DNA from: Candidatus Poribacteria bacterium
Lineage (GTDB): Bacteria; Poribacteria; WGA-4E; WGA-3G
Direction of reading: 5' to 3'
Length of the DNA stretch: 64,000 bases
Assembly: GCA_963665235.2 (NCBI GenBank)
Contig: CAXXLX010000001.1
Location: 1,984,001-2,048,000 of the forward strand
In this document: piece by piece, positions 38,559 to 47,816 of the stretch
Position numbering within the stretch: position 1 is the stretch's first letter
Layout of the letters: each line of letters begins with the position of its first letter
Notes under the pieces: generated by a model
Told to the model about the DNA's origin: nothing
Seen by the model: the letters and a program-made list of their open reading frames with translations, nothing else
Databases searched by the model: none
Made by a program: the position numbers and the translations under genes

Positions 38559-39413
38559 ATGAAGAATTGCATCACAGAACAATTCTGGTACGTCAAACAA
38601 ATCCATATCTTCCGAGACCTTGCCGAACCGGATGCCCACGCGCTAGAACGAATTGCTACGTTCAAGGAATTAAAACATGAGGAACACCTCTCCGCAGAAG
38701 GCGTTTACCTCCTAAAAGCCGGACGCGTTAAAATCTACGAAAACCTTTTAGACACCGAACCGGAAACAAAAGCTGTCCTGGAGCCCGGCGAGCTATTTGG
38801 CATGGTCGCTGCCGAAGTGTCACCTTGGGAAAACACCGAGCCGCACAGCCTCGCCGAAACTTTGACCGAGGCACATATCGGTTTTGTAACCGTCCGCGAC
38901 TTCACGTTTTTCCTTAAGCGAAAACCGCATCTCGCCCTGCCCCTACGCAAGAGCGGACGCTTCAGAATACCCGATAGGCTACTCTGGAATTGGCATAACA
39001 GACCCGGGCTACAGACAAAAACAACCATCGTCCCGTCTTGTAAACATGCCAACGCCTTCGCGAACATCGCCTTCCGATGTGCCGCCTCCCGGCTCGCGCT
39101 GCTGTTGTTAAACCTAACAGCAAGTGCCAAAGCTTGTGGGAACAGCGGTTTTATACCCCGGCTGTCAACCCGAAGGTTGTCGAAGTTGATTGGGAGTTCA
39201 GTGGAAACAACGGAGACGCTTTTAAAAACGTTTAAGCAGCACGGCCTGCTCGACAGACGGTGGGGACGAACGCAAGTCTTAGATATGTGGCGGTTGAAGA
39301 AAATCGCGGATGCAAAAATGCAAACACCAATTTCTTATGCAACCGAAACATCAATAGAGACTCTTACACCCACTGATTCCTTAGAGAATCCCACGCGTTA
39401 TCCCTCGAATTAA
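38559..39413 (+). CDS. Crp/Fnr-like regulator (divergent)
   Basis: VYLLKAGRVKI...PGELFG cNMP-binding-like region; C-terminal HTH LSKLIGSSVETT. Confidence 0.7.
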   Translation: MKNCITEQFWYVKQIHIFRDLAEPDAHALERIATFKELKHEEHLSAEGVYLLKAGRVKIYENLLDTEPETKAVLEPGELFGMVAAEVSPWENTEPHSLAETLTEAHIGFVTVRDFTFFLKRKPHLALPLRKSGRFRIPDRLLWNWHNRPGLQTKTTIVPSCKHANAFANIAFRCAASRLALLLLNLTASAKACGNSGFIPRLSTRRLSKLIGSSVETTETLLKTFKQHGLLDRRWGRTQVLDMWRLKKIADAKMQTPISYATETSIETLTPTDSLENPTRYPSN

Positions 39414-39472
39414 AACCACCCGCTGTGCCATTACCCGCTCTTTTTTCATTTTTTCGTTTCGCGTACACCGTA

Positions 39473-39501
39473 TTGACAAACTTAAGCAGATATGTTACAA
39501 T
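39473..39501 (+). promoter_or_regulatory. sigma70-type promoter of the M28 peptidase gene
   Basis: TTGACA-17 bp-TACAAT with TG extension. Confidence 0.6.
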
Positions 39502-39551
39502 ATTACCGAAATTGACAACAGGAATAAAAAACCTTTTGAGCGATAAAAAAT

Positions 39552-40927
39552 ATGGAAAATAAAAACCCTTATCTACACATTGACAGACAAATCGTTGGCG
39601 ATATTTACACGAGCAACGAAGCCATGGAAAACCTCACCGTTCTATGCGATGACTTCGGCTCCCGATTTGCAGGAACCCCTGAAGAATACGCCGCCGCGAA
39701 CTTTATCTTAGAAACCTTTAATCGTTACGGGCTCAAAAATGTCAGGCTAGAGGCGTATCCGTACGCAGGCTGGTCGCGCGGGGAAGCCACCTTGCAAATT
39801 ACCGCGCCCCTCCAACGCACCTTACCTTGCATTTCACTCCCGTACTGCCCCGCTGGTGAAGTTGTCGGGGACTGGTATCCGTCGGTTACGGGAGTCCTGC
39901 GGAATATACTGCTTTAGGTGAAACAGCCGCTGATACACTTATCATGGCACACAGCGCATCACCGCCCAACCTCGGACGGTGGGTACATCGCAAAGAAAAA
40001 TTTGAACGCGCAGTCCTCAGCGGTGCCAAGGCGTTTATCTTCGTGAGTGAGCACCCTGGGGTCGGCCCTGAGACAGGGAGCCTGCAAAACGACCGACCTG
40101 CCCCTATTCCGGGCATCTCAATTTGCAAAGAGGATGGCGAATTTCTTAAGCGATGCCTCGCGCGATACGGAAAACTAACTTTACAGCTCAAAACCACGGA
40201 CACTAACGAACCCCGTACCTCCTGGAATGTCGTCGGAGAACTACCGGGGTATACCGTTCCTGAAGAGGTCATAATCCTTGGATGCCACTACGATGGACAC
40301 GACATCTCACAAGGCGCGCACGACCCCGCCTCCGGGATGGTCTCTGTCATCGAAGCATCGCGCGTACTCGCCGCCTACACAGCCGACTCCCGCAAACGCA
40401 CAATCCGATTCATCGCCTTTGGCACAGAGGAGATTGGACTCACCGGCGCATTTCGCTACGTGGAAACACACACAGACACATTGGATAACATTCGGTTCAT
40501 GCTCAACATGGATGCCGCGGGCGGGACAAGTCGAAAAGGTATTGTTCTGCATCATTGGGAAACGTTGGAACCCTTCTTTAGCACAGCGCAGCAGCAGATG
40601 CACGCTGAGATGCCTATAGGGCAGAAAGTACACGCCTACTCTGACCATTTCCCATTTTTCCTGCAAGGTGTACCTTCAAGTCACATGGGCGACCCGGAGT
40701 CTCCGCCATCTGGACGCGGTTTCGGGCATACTGCCTATGACACACTTGATAAGGTAAAATTGGAAAACCTGCGCCGCGCAAGTGCAGTCGGCGCGCGAAT
40801 TGCCCTCCGATGCGCAAATGCTGACGAATTTCCCGCAAAACGCCGCACACCCGAAGCGGTACAGAAAATCGTTGATACCGACCCAGGATTGGAAGGCTAT
40901 CGTATCTCGCTAAAATTGACGAAATAA
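39552..40927 (+). pseudogene. M28 family peptidase (PA domain), split by a single-base frameshift near 39871
   Basis: ORF1 (LCDDFGSRFAGT) and ORF2 (GCHYDGH, GAHDPASG, FGTEEIGL, SDHFPF, HTAYDT) join if one base is added at GGGGACTGG. Confidence 0.75.
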
Positions 40928-40950
40928 CCTCTTAACAAGCTAGGAACGCA

Positions 40951-42432
40951 ATGACGAATTGGACACGTTTATATCACCGCTATAGTTGCATCGGACTTCT
41001 ACTTTTTTTGATATTAACCTTATCCGCAGGTTTACCATCTCCCGCAGAAGCAAGCTCGGATAACAATTCTCGATTCAAACTTCAGCAGGCTGTCACCGAA
41101 TCGCGCCGAACGGCAATCGTGAACGCTGTCGAACGTGCAAGCCCCGCCGTCGTCAACATCAGTGCCATACAACGGGTCGCACAACTCACCTCCTTTGATG
41201 AATGGTTCTGGGGTGAAATTCCCGAATCGCGTCTGCGTTCGCTGCGAGAAGTCGGCTCAGGAGTCATTGTAGACAAAATCGGTTATATTCTTACAAACCA
41301 TCACGTAGTTGAAAATGCTGACCGTATTAAAGTCGCCATCTCTGATGGACGCGAACTTGAAGCACACATACTCGGATACGATTATCTCTCTGACCTCGCA
41401 CTCTTGAAAATTGATACGAAAGATAACTTACCACAAATCGAATGGGGAGACTCAGAAGACCTCATGATTGGCGAGTGGGTACTAGCAATCGGAAACCCGT
41501 TTGGATTATCAATCGGGACAGCACAACCTACTGTAACAATCGGCATCGTTAGCGCAACACAACGCACACTTACAGTTGAGAACCGTTTTTATGAAAGTTT
41601 AATCCAGACAGATGCATCTATTAATGTCGGCAACAGCGGCGGTGCTTTAGTCAATATACACGGCCAACTCATCGGCATAAATACCGTGATACGCTCAACC
41701 AGTGGCGGGTCACAAGGAGTCGGATTTGCCATACCTGCCAACAAAGTCAAAAAGGTAATTCAACAGATTATTGAATACGGCAGCGTTATACCGCCCTACC
41801 TCGGAATAGAGACACAACCTGTAACGGAAGAACTGGCAGAAAAACTCTGGGACTCCGACTCTCAAGAAGAAAACCCCTTCGCTACAAGCACACGCAGCGG
41901 AAAACTGAAAACGGGAGTCCTCGTCTCACAACTCGAAAAGCGGAGCCCTACTGCCGCCGCTGGCATTAAACGCGGGGATGTTATCATAGCTATAGCTGGG
42001 CACCGAATCAAAAATCAAACCGACTTTAAAGCTGTCGCACGGTTGCTACCGCTCAACACAGCCATCCCCTGTCAGCTCATACGACACGGAAAAAAAATAG
42101 AAACCACCTTGAAACTAAAAACCTTACAATGGGAATACATCTCACATAGATGGGGACTTACGCTTAAACAACCTAACCAACAGGAGGTCCGAAAATATAA
42201 GCAACCCGGTGTCATCATTAAACACATCGAAAAAAATAGCGGCCTTGCAGGAACACTCCAGCGCGGTGATTTTATCTATCAACTTAACGACACCAAAATT
42301 AACTCACTCGAAATTTTTAAACTTATCGACCAACGTATCCGCACCCGAAATAGGGTGCAACTCTACTTCAAACGAGACGGGGTTAGTAAAAGTATCTTCG
42401 TGACTTTTAATAGAAACAATCGATGGAGATAG
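40951..42432 (+). CDS. HtrA/DegP-like serine protease with PDZ domains
   Basis: TNHHVV, DLALLK and INVGNSGGALV triad motifs; two PDZ-like regions. Confidence 0.92.
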   Translation: MTNWTRLYHRYSCIGLLLFLILTLSAGLPSPAEASSDNNSRFKLQQAVTESRRTAIVNAVERASPAVVNISAIQRVAQLTSFDEWFWGEIPESRLRSLREVGSGVIVDKIGYILTNHHVVENADRIKVAISDGRELEAHILGYDYLSDLALLKIDTKDNLPQIEWGDSEDLMIGEWVLAIGNPFGLSIGTAQPTVTIGIVSATQRTLTVENRFYESLIQTDASINVGNSGGALVNIHGQLIGINTVIRSTSGGSQGVGFAIPANKVKKVIQQIIEYGSVIPPYLGIETQPVTEELAEKLWDSDSQEENPFATSTRSGKLKTGVLVSQLEKRSPTAAAGIKRGDVIIAIAGHRIKNQTDFKAVARLLPLNTAIPCQLIRHGKKIETTLKLKTLQWEYISHRWGLTLKQPNQQEVRKYKQPGVIIKHIEKNSGLAGTLQRGDFIYQLNDTKINSLEIFKLIDQRIRTRNRVQLYFKRDGVSKSIFVTFNRNNRWR

Positions 42433-42486
42433 GTGTTTAATTAAACGTGAGTTTGATAATAGCTGTTGGAAACCGTTGGAAACCCA

Positions 42487-42590
42487 TAGCAAGAGATGAA
42501 TCTAAGCCCTCTGACGCGCGTCAGACCGCGTATTAGAATCACAAACCTCTTGCCAATAGCCAATAGCCAATGAGCCAATGAGCCAATTAC
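42487..42590. repeat. Diverged TAGCAAGAG...CTCTTGCCA element with heptamer/octamer GCCAAT(G)A run
   Basis: Similarity to 13996-14088. Confidence 0.65.
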
Positions 42591-42608
42591 CACAAAGGAG
42601 ATTGAAAC

Positions 42609-43331
42609 ATGAAACTGAAACCACCAACAATCATTGTCTTATGCTTGTCCTTTTTAATTATCGGCATCGTCTATTTCGTTACGCGCAATAGCGGCGGATT
42701 TAACCAGGGAGTTAACATCGAAAGCGAAGAGTTTAAAATGATCCGGACCCATGCAGCCGATGCTTTTAACGCAAAAAACTATAAACAGGCCATCCAACTT
42801 TATGAACAAGCACTGGAAATGCGACCAGAAAACGCTGAGGTTTACAATGACCTCGGAGCTGCCTACTATGAACTTGGACTCAAATACGCCGGACCGAAAT
42901 GGCCCTCCTGGGCAAGGCCCCTTTTTGGTGAATCCCTTGAAGGTGCGCTTGCAGCGTTAGAAGAGGGGATGAAGATAGTCGAATCCGGGTACATCGTCAT
43001 GGAAACCGATTCAGCAGAAATAGCGACGGCTATTGAAAAAAAGGCCAAAGAAAAGAATGTTGCCATCTACCCTCACTACGCAGCCAATCAGACGACATTG
43101 AATATCCTAATCGGACAAACAAAAGAGCATTTCGTAGAGGCGCGTTCGTTGTTCCTTCGGGCCTTAGAGTTGAAATCCAACCACGCCCCTGCATATCGAA
43201 ACCTTGGCTCCTATTACATGAAAATTGGTAAAACAGATAAAGCAATCAGCTATTATGAAGAGGCACAAGAGCTGGAGCCACGCGATGGGGAACTTGAGGA
43301 ATATCTTCACCAATTTCGCACTGGCTACTAA
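42609..43331 (+). CDS. Membrane-anchored TPR protein
   Basis: N-terminal TM helix; TPR motifs (AEVYNDLGAAY, AYRNLGSYY). Confidence 0.8.
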   Translation: MKLKPPTIIVLCLSFLIIGIVYFVTRNSGGFNQGVNIESEEFKMIRTHAADAFNAKNYKQAIQLYEQALEMRPENAEVYNDLGAAYYELGLKYAGPKWPSWARPLFGESLEGALAALEEGMKIVESGYIVMETDSAEIATAIEKKAKEKNVAIYPHYAANQTTLNILIGQTKEHFVEARSLFLRALELKSNHAPAYRNLGSYYMKIGKTDKAISYYEEAQELEPRDGELEEYLHQFRTGY

Positions 43332-43468
43332 GCCCCTGCATGGGTAGCGCAAAGCGCAAGCTAAAAGTTTGCCATGTTTCGTCAAATTGTGTTATACTAA
43401 CATGAGTTTGGAAAAAGTTTCCCCTAGTAAGGCCGATATGTTTATAGAGGTTAACGTGAGCTTGGAAT

Positions 43469-46400
43469 ATGAATAGTCTAACACAAAAACGTTGCACCCG
43501 TTGCGGATTTATGAACCCAGCAGTTAAATTTTGTGGGAACTGCGGCATCGCGCTTGCGGAAAAAGACACACCGCTCACCGTAACGTCCCTCGGCAACGCC
43601 GAAAGAAGACAACTTACCGTGTTGTTCTGTGATGTTGTAGACTCAACATCCTTAACCGAACAGCTCGACCCGGAAGACCTACGAAAAGTCTTAGATGCCT
43701 ACCGGGCCGCTGTAGCGAAGGTCGTCCTCGGATATGATGGACACATCGCACGGTACTTCGGTGACGGCATCCTCGTCTATTTTGGCTACCCGATTGCACA
43801 TGAAGATACAACACGACGTGCTGTCCAAGCAGGGCTCGGTATTATCGCTGGGCTAGAAGAATTGAACTTGCTGCTAACGCAAACGCTCAGCCTCGATATC
43901 CACCTACAGGTCCGCGTGAGTATCAACACAGGGCTCGTTGTGGTGTGGAAAGTGGGAATGCCGGTCGCATCGGTAGAAAAACAGGGCCCCTATGGTACAA
44001 CTACAGAACTTCAAACCGAAGCGATAGATATCGTCGGAAAAACCCCAAATATCGCAGCACGCATGCAGCAAGCCGCCACACCAAACGCTATCGTTATTGG
44101 CGATACCACACTCAAACTCATCGAGGACTTTTTTACATACCGCGACCTCGGCACATTAAACGTCAAGGGAATTTCGCAACCGGTACCAATCTACGAAATA
44201 CTAGCGGAATACCCAGAAGGAGAGCGCCCCACATTCAGGCATCGAAATCTCGTGACCACACCCCAGCAACGTAGAGTCACACCCCTCATCGGACGAGGCA
44301 AAGAAGTTGATTTACTAGAAGAACGATGGAAACTTGCTGAAACATCACGCGGACAGGTCATACTGATTGAAGGCGAAGCCGGCATCGGAAAATCTCGCCT
44401 CGTCGCAGTCATTGCAGAACATGTAACCGATGCCAACGCACTCGTACTAGAATGCCGGGGGGCACCCGACTCACAAAACAGTCCACTGCATCCAATCCTT
44501 TTGCTGCTCCAACAGCAACTTTTTCAATTCAGCGGAATGGATACAGCCAGCACACGTCTGAAGAAACTCGAAGACTTTCTAACAACCCATCAACTCCCAG
44601 AAAATTTGCTACCGCTTCTCGCTGAACTTCTAGAAATAGAGGGCGACTACCATATACCCGTTTTGCCGCCTGAACAACGCAGACACAGAACGCTCGAAGC
44701 ACTCGTACAGCTACTCCTTAAAGTCGCCTCCCAAAGACCGCTTCTACTTATTGTCGAAGATATCCATTGGGCAGACCCATCAACATTGGCGTTTCTGCAC
44801 CTGCTCATCTCACGATTAGAAACCGCGCCCATCTTAGCAATCTTAACCTCGCGCGGTGAAATTGACATCAGACAAAATGTCAATCAAGCGGAAGGCAGAG
44901 CAAAACTCAAAACCCTTTCACAGCTGGAATGGGTCACAGCGATGCCCTTGAAACGGTTGACACCAAATCAGGTCTCAAAAATGATTGCGGGAGTCGCAGG
45001 TGAACAAAAAATACCGACAACCGTTTCTGAACAGATTGCTGACAAAACCGAAGGCGTACCCCTCTTTGTGGAAGAATTAACACGGATGGCACTCGAATCT
45101 GACCTAAACAGTGGAGACATCCTAACCGAAATACCTGCAACCTTGCAAGCCTCACTGACCGCACGGCTAGACCGACTCGGTACCCGAAAAGAAATTGTAC
45201 AGCTAGGCGCAACACTCGGCAGAGAATGGCCCGCAGGACTCCTCTATAAAGTCATTCTCAGTATCGTTCAAGAATCCGAAATGCCCGGCGAATCCCTAGA
45301 AGACTCCACTGCACTAACTAACGTCCAACCTTTTCTCGCCCGAAACGGAAACCTCACATGGCTTGAGAAGGAATTACAGCAGCTTGTAGAAGCCGAAATC
45401 CTGAATTGCAGACAGATACATGAAAGTGAACAACGTTACACCTTCAAACACCCGCTGTTCCGGGAAACCGCTTACCAATCCTTGCTAAAAAGCACACGAC
45501 AAGGGTATCACCGCAGAATCGCAACAGTCCTTATGAAGGAATTCCAGAAAGACGTTCGCACACAACCGGAGCTAGTAGCATATCACTATACAGAGGGAGA
45601 ACTTCCCGAACGCGCCATCGAATATTGGCAACTTGCAGGACGACGGGCCCTCGAACGCTCAGCAAATGTGGAAGGGGCACGACATCTGAGGCAAGGGTTG
45701 ACGCTGTTGAAAACTTTACCTGAAACACCCGCACGCGCTGCACGCGAGCTCGTACTCCAAACAACATTGGGCCCCGCGCTCATTGCAACGAAGGGGTACG
45801 CCGCCATCGAAGTGGAAACGACCTATACGCGCGCAAAAGCACTGCTGGAGACGATGCCCAATAGCGAACGCATGCCCCTCCGATTTCCTATCCTATTTGG
45901 GTTATGGCTCTACTATCTCGTCGGCGCAAAATTGAAAACCGCACGCGAAATCGGAGAACAGTGTCTTATTATGGCAAAACAGCAGAAAGATGCTGTCCTA
46001 GAGGTAGAAGCACATCGCGCACTAGGCGCAACACTCTATTACCTCGGCGAATTCAAAATGGCACAAGCACACGTCGAAGCAGGAATCTCACTTTACGACC
46101 CACACCAACATCCAGTCCACGCTTTCTTCCATTATTTGGCTGACCCCGGCATGACTTTGTGCTCTTATGCTGCACCCCTGATGTGGTGCCTCGGATTTCC
46201 TGAAAAAGCCGTAGCACGACTTCAAGAAGCAGAACGGATGAGTCAGGAAAGACCCCACCCATTTAGTCAAGTCGTCTCCCTCCATTTTGGTGCACTGCTT
46301 TATCAACAACGCCGAAATAGAGAGAAGGTCAACGAATACGCTACAAAACTCCTCTCAATTTGCAAGGAATACGGTTTCTCTGTCTGGGAACCGACAGGCA

Positions 46401-46936
46401 AAATCATGAAAGGATGGGCAATTCAGCACAACCCCGAAACTCACGACGAAACCGGAATAAACCTAATCCGTGAAGGAATCACAGGATGGGAATCCAATCA
46501 TGCCCAGGTACTACGACCCGTTTATCTTAGCCTCCTTGCACAAGCTTACGAACTTGTCGGAAAAGTAGACGAAGCTCTCCAAGTCGTTGACAAAGCCCTC
46601 AACGCCGTCGCTGAAAGTGGAGAACGCACAAACGAGGCAGAACTCTATCGACTCAAAGCCGTGCTCCTCCTCAAATCGGAAGAGGTACGCCCCGAAAATG
46701 TCTACGAGGTTGCCAAAGCCTATTTCGAAAAATCTCTAACCATCGCACGGCAGCAAAACGCGAAATCATGGGAACTCCGAACCGCTGTCAGCCTCAGCAG
46801 GCTCCTCATAACCCAAAACCAACACCAGACGGCCCAGGCACGGCTACAACCTATCTATCAGCAATTCACCGAAGGCTTTGAAACAGTTGACCTGACCGAA
46901 GCACGAGACCTACTTCAAACCTTAAACGGAGGGTAA
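43469..46936 (+). CDS. Zn-ribbon + class III adenylate/guanylate cyclase + STAND-type AAA ATPase + TPR protein
   Basis: CTRCG..CGNCG; ERRQLTVLFCDVVDST, GDGILVYFGYP; GEAGIGKSRL, VEDIHWAD; C-terminal WELRTAVSL. Confidence 0.92.
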   Translation: MNSLTQKRCTRCGFMNPAVKFCGNCGIALAEKDTPLTVTSLGNAERRQLTVLFCDVVDSTSLTEQLDPEDLRKVLDAYRAAVAKVVLGYDGHIARYFGDGILVYFGYPIAHEDTTRRAVQAGLGIIAGLEELNLLLTQTLSLDIHLQVRVSINTGLVVVWKVGMPVASVEKQGPYGTTTELQTEAIDIVGKTPNIAARMQQAATPNAIVIGDTTLKLIEDFFTYRDLGTLNVKGISQPVPIYEILAEYPEGERPTFRHRNLVTTPQQRRVTPLIGRGKEVDLLEERWKLAETSRGQVILIEGEAGIGKSRLVAVIAEHVTDANALVLECRGAPDSQNSPLHPILLLLQQQLFQFSGMDTASTRLKKLEDFLTTHQLPENLLPLLAELLEIEGDYHIPVLPPEQRRHRTLEALVQLLLKVASQRPLLLIVEDIHWADPSTLAFLHLLISRLETAPILAILTSRGEIDIRQNVNQAEGRAKLKTLSQLEWVTAMPLKRLTPNQVSKMIAGVAGEQKIPTTVSEQIADKTEGVPLFVEELTRMALESDLNSGDILTEIPATLQASLTARLDRLGTRKEIVQLGATLGREWPAGLLYKVILSIVQESEMPGESLEDSTALTNVQPFLARNGNLTWLEKELQQLVEAEILNCRQIHESEQRYTFKHPLFRETAYQSLLKSTRQGYHRRIATVLMKEFQKDVRTQPELVAYHYTEGELPERAIEYWQLAGRRALERSANVEGARHLRQGLTLLKTLPETPARAARELVLQTTLGPALIATKGYAAIEVETTYTRAKALLETMPNSERMPLRFPILFGLWLYYLVGAKLKTAREIGEQCLIMAKQQKDAVLEVEAHRALGATLYYLGEFKMAQAHVEAGISLYDPHQHPVHAFFHYLADPGMTLCSYAAPLMWCLGFPEKAVARLQEAERMSQERPHPFSQVVSLHFGALLYQQRRNREKVNEYATKLLSICKEYGFSVWEPTGKIMKGWAIQHNPETHDETGINLIREGITGWESNHAQVLRPVYLSLLAQAYELVGKVDEALQVVDKALNAVAESGERTNEAELYRLKAVLLLKSEEVRPENVYEVAKAYFEKSLTIARQQNAKSWELRTAVSLSRLLITQNQHQTAQARLQPIYQQFTEGFETVDLTEARDLLQTLNGG

Positions 46937-46941
46937 ATGTC

Positions 46942-47802
46942 ATGAGACTTGGCGTTGTTGGCATGTGCAGCGACTTCCGAACGCTCAATCAGAAAGAGAT
47001 TGAAGCGATACAGAAATTGAGGTTTACCGGCGTAAGCTATCATTTCGCCAGCGCAAATATTCCGAACGTTTCATCCGAAGAATGTACGCGATGTCGTTTT
47101 CTCCTTGAAAAAGCTGGGCTAGAGCTGGTACAATTTGGTATAACATATACAGCGTGCCTATTCGATTCGAGGGCCTCTGTCCGTGAAGAAGCAATTGCGG
47201 CAGTGAACTGTGGAATGCCAGTCGCACGAGAACTCGGCGCACACTTTTACCTCTTTCGACCAGGCAGCCTAAACCCTGATGGCGCGTGGACATCCCATAA
47301 GGATAACCACCTGCCCGAATCGATGGAACGGTTAATCGAAACCTTAAAACCCATCGCCGAAAACGCAGAACGCGAAGAAATTACGCTCGTCATGGAAACG
47401 CACGCTATCTCTATTATGGACTCGCCTGAAACGTGCCGAGCCGTCGTTGAGAAAGTAGGCTCCGAGCGGCTTCGCATCGTCATGGATTTTGTTAATCATT
47501 TCCAGACGCTCCGGCAGGTCTATCAAAGCGAAGCGCGGCTCAATCATATTTTTGATGTTATGGGCCCAATCGCACCTATGGCGCACATTAAGGACATCCG
47601 CGTCGAAAACGGATTAGTCCTACATCTCAATGAGGAAGTACCCGGCGAAGGAGAATTGGCGTTAAATGTAGCACTCAAGCGGTTTGACGCACTCCACCCG
47701 GATGGATACGGATTAATAGAACATCTGCCGATGGAGAAAATTCCGCTCGCAAATACAAATGTCCGCAAAATTGCAGCCGAAAATGGAATTAAAATTTACT
47801 AA
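46942..47802 (+). CDS. Sugar phosphate isomerase/epimerase (TIM-barrel) family
   Basis: LVMETH, MDFVNH, AHIKD and LIEH metal-binding motifs. Confidence 0.85.
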   Translation: MRLGVVGMCSDFRTLNQKEIEAIQKLRFTGVSYHFASANIPNVSSEECTRCRFLLEKAGLELVQFGITYTACLFDSRASVREEAIAAVNCGMPVARELGAHFYLFRPGSLNPDGAWTSHKDNHLPESMERLIETLKPIAENAEREEITLVMETHAISIMDSPETCRAVVEKVGSERLRIVMDFVNHFQTLRQVYQSEARLNHIFDVMGPIAPMAHIKDIRVENGLVLHLNEEVPGEGELALNVALKRFDALHPDGYGLIEHLPMEKIPLANTNVRKIAAENGIKIY

Positions 47803-47816
47803 CTGGAGGTTGTATC

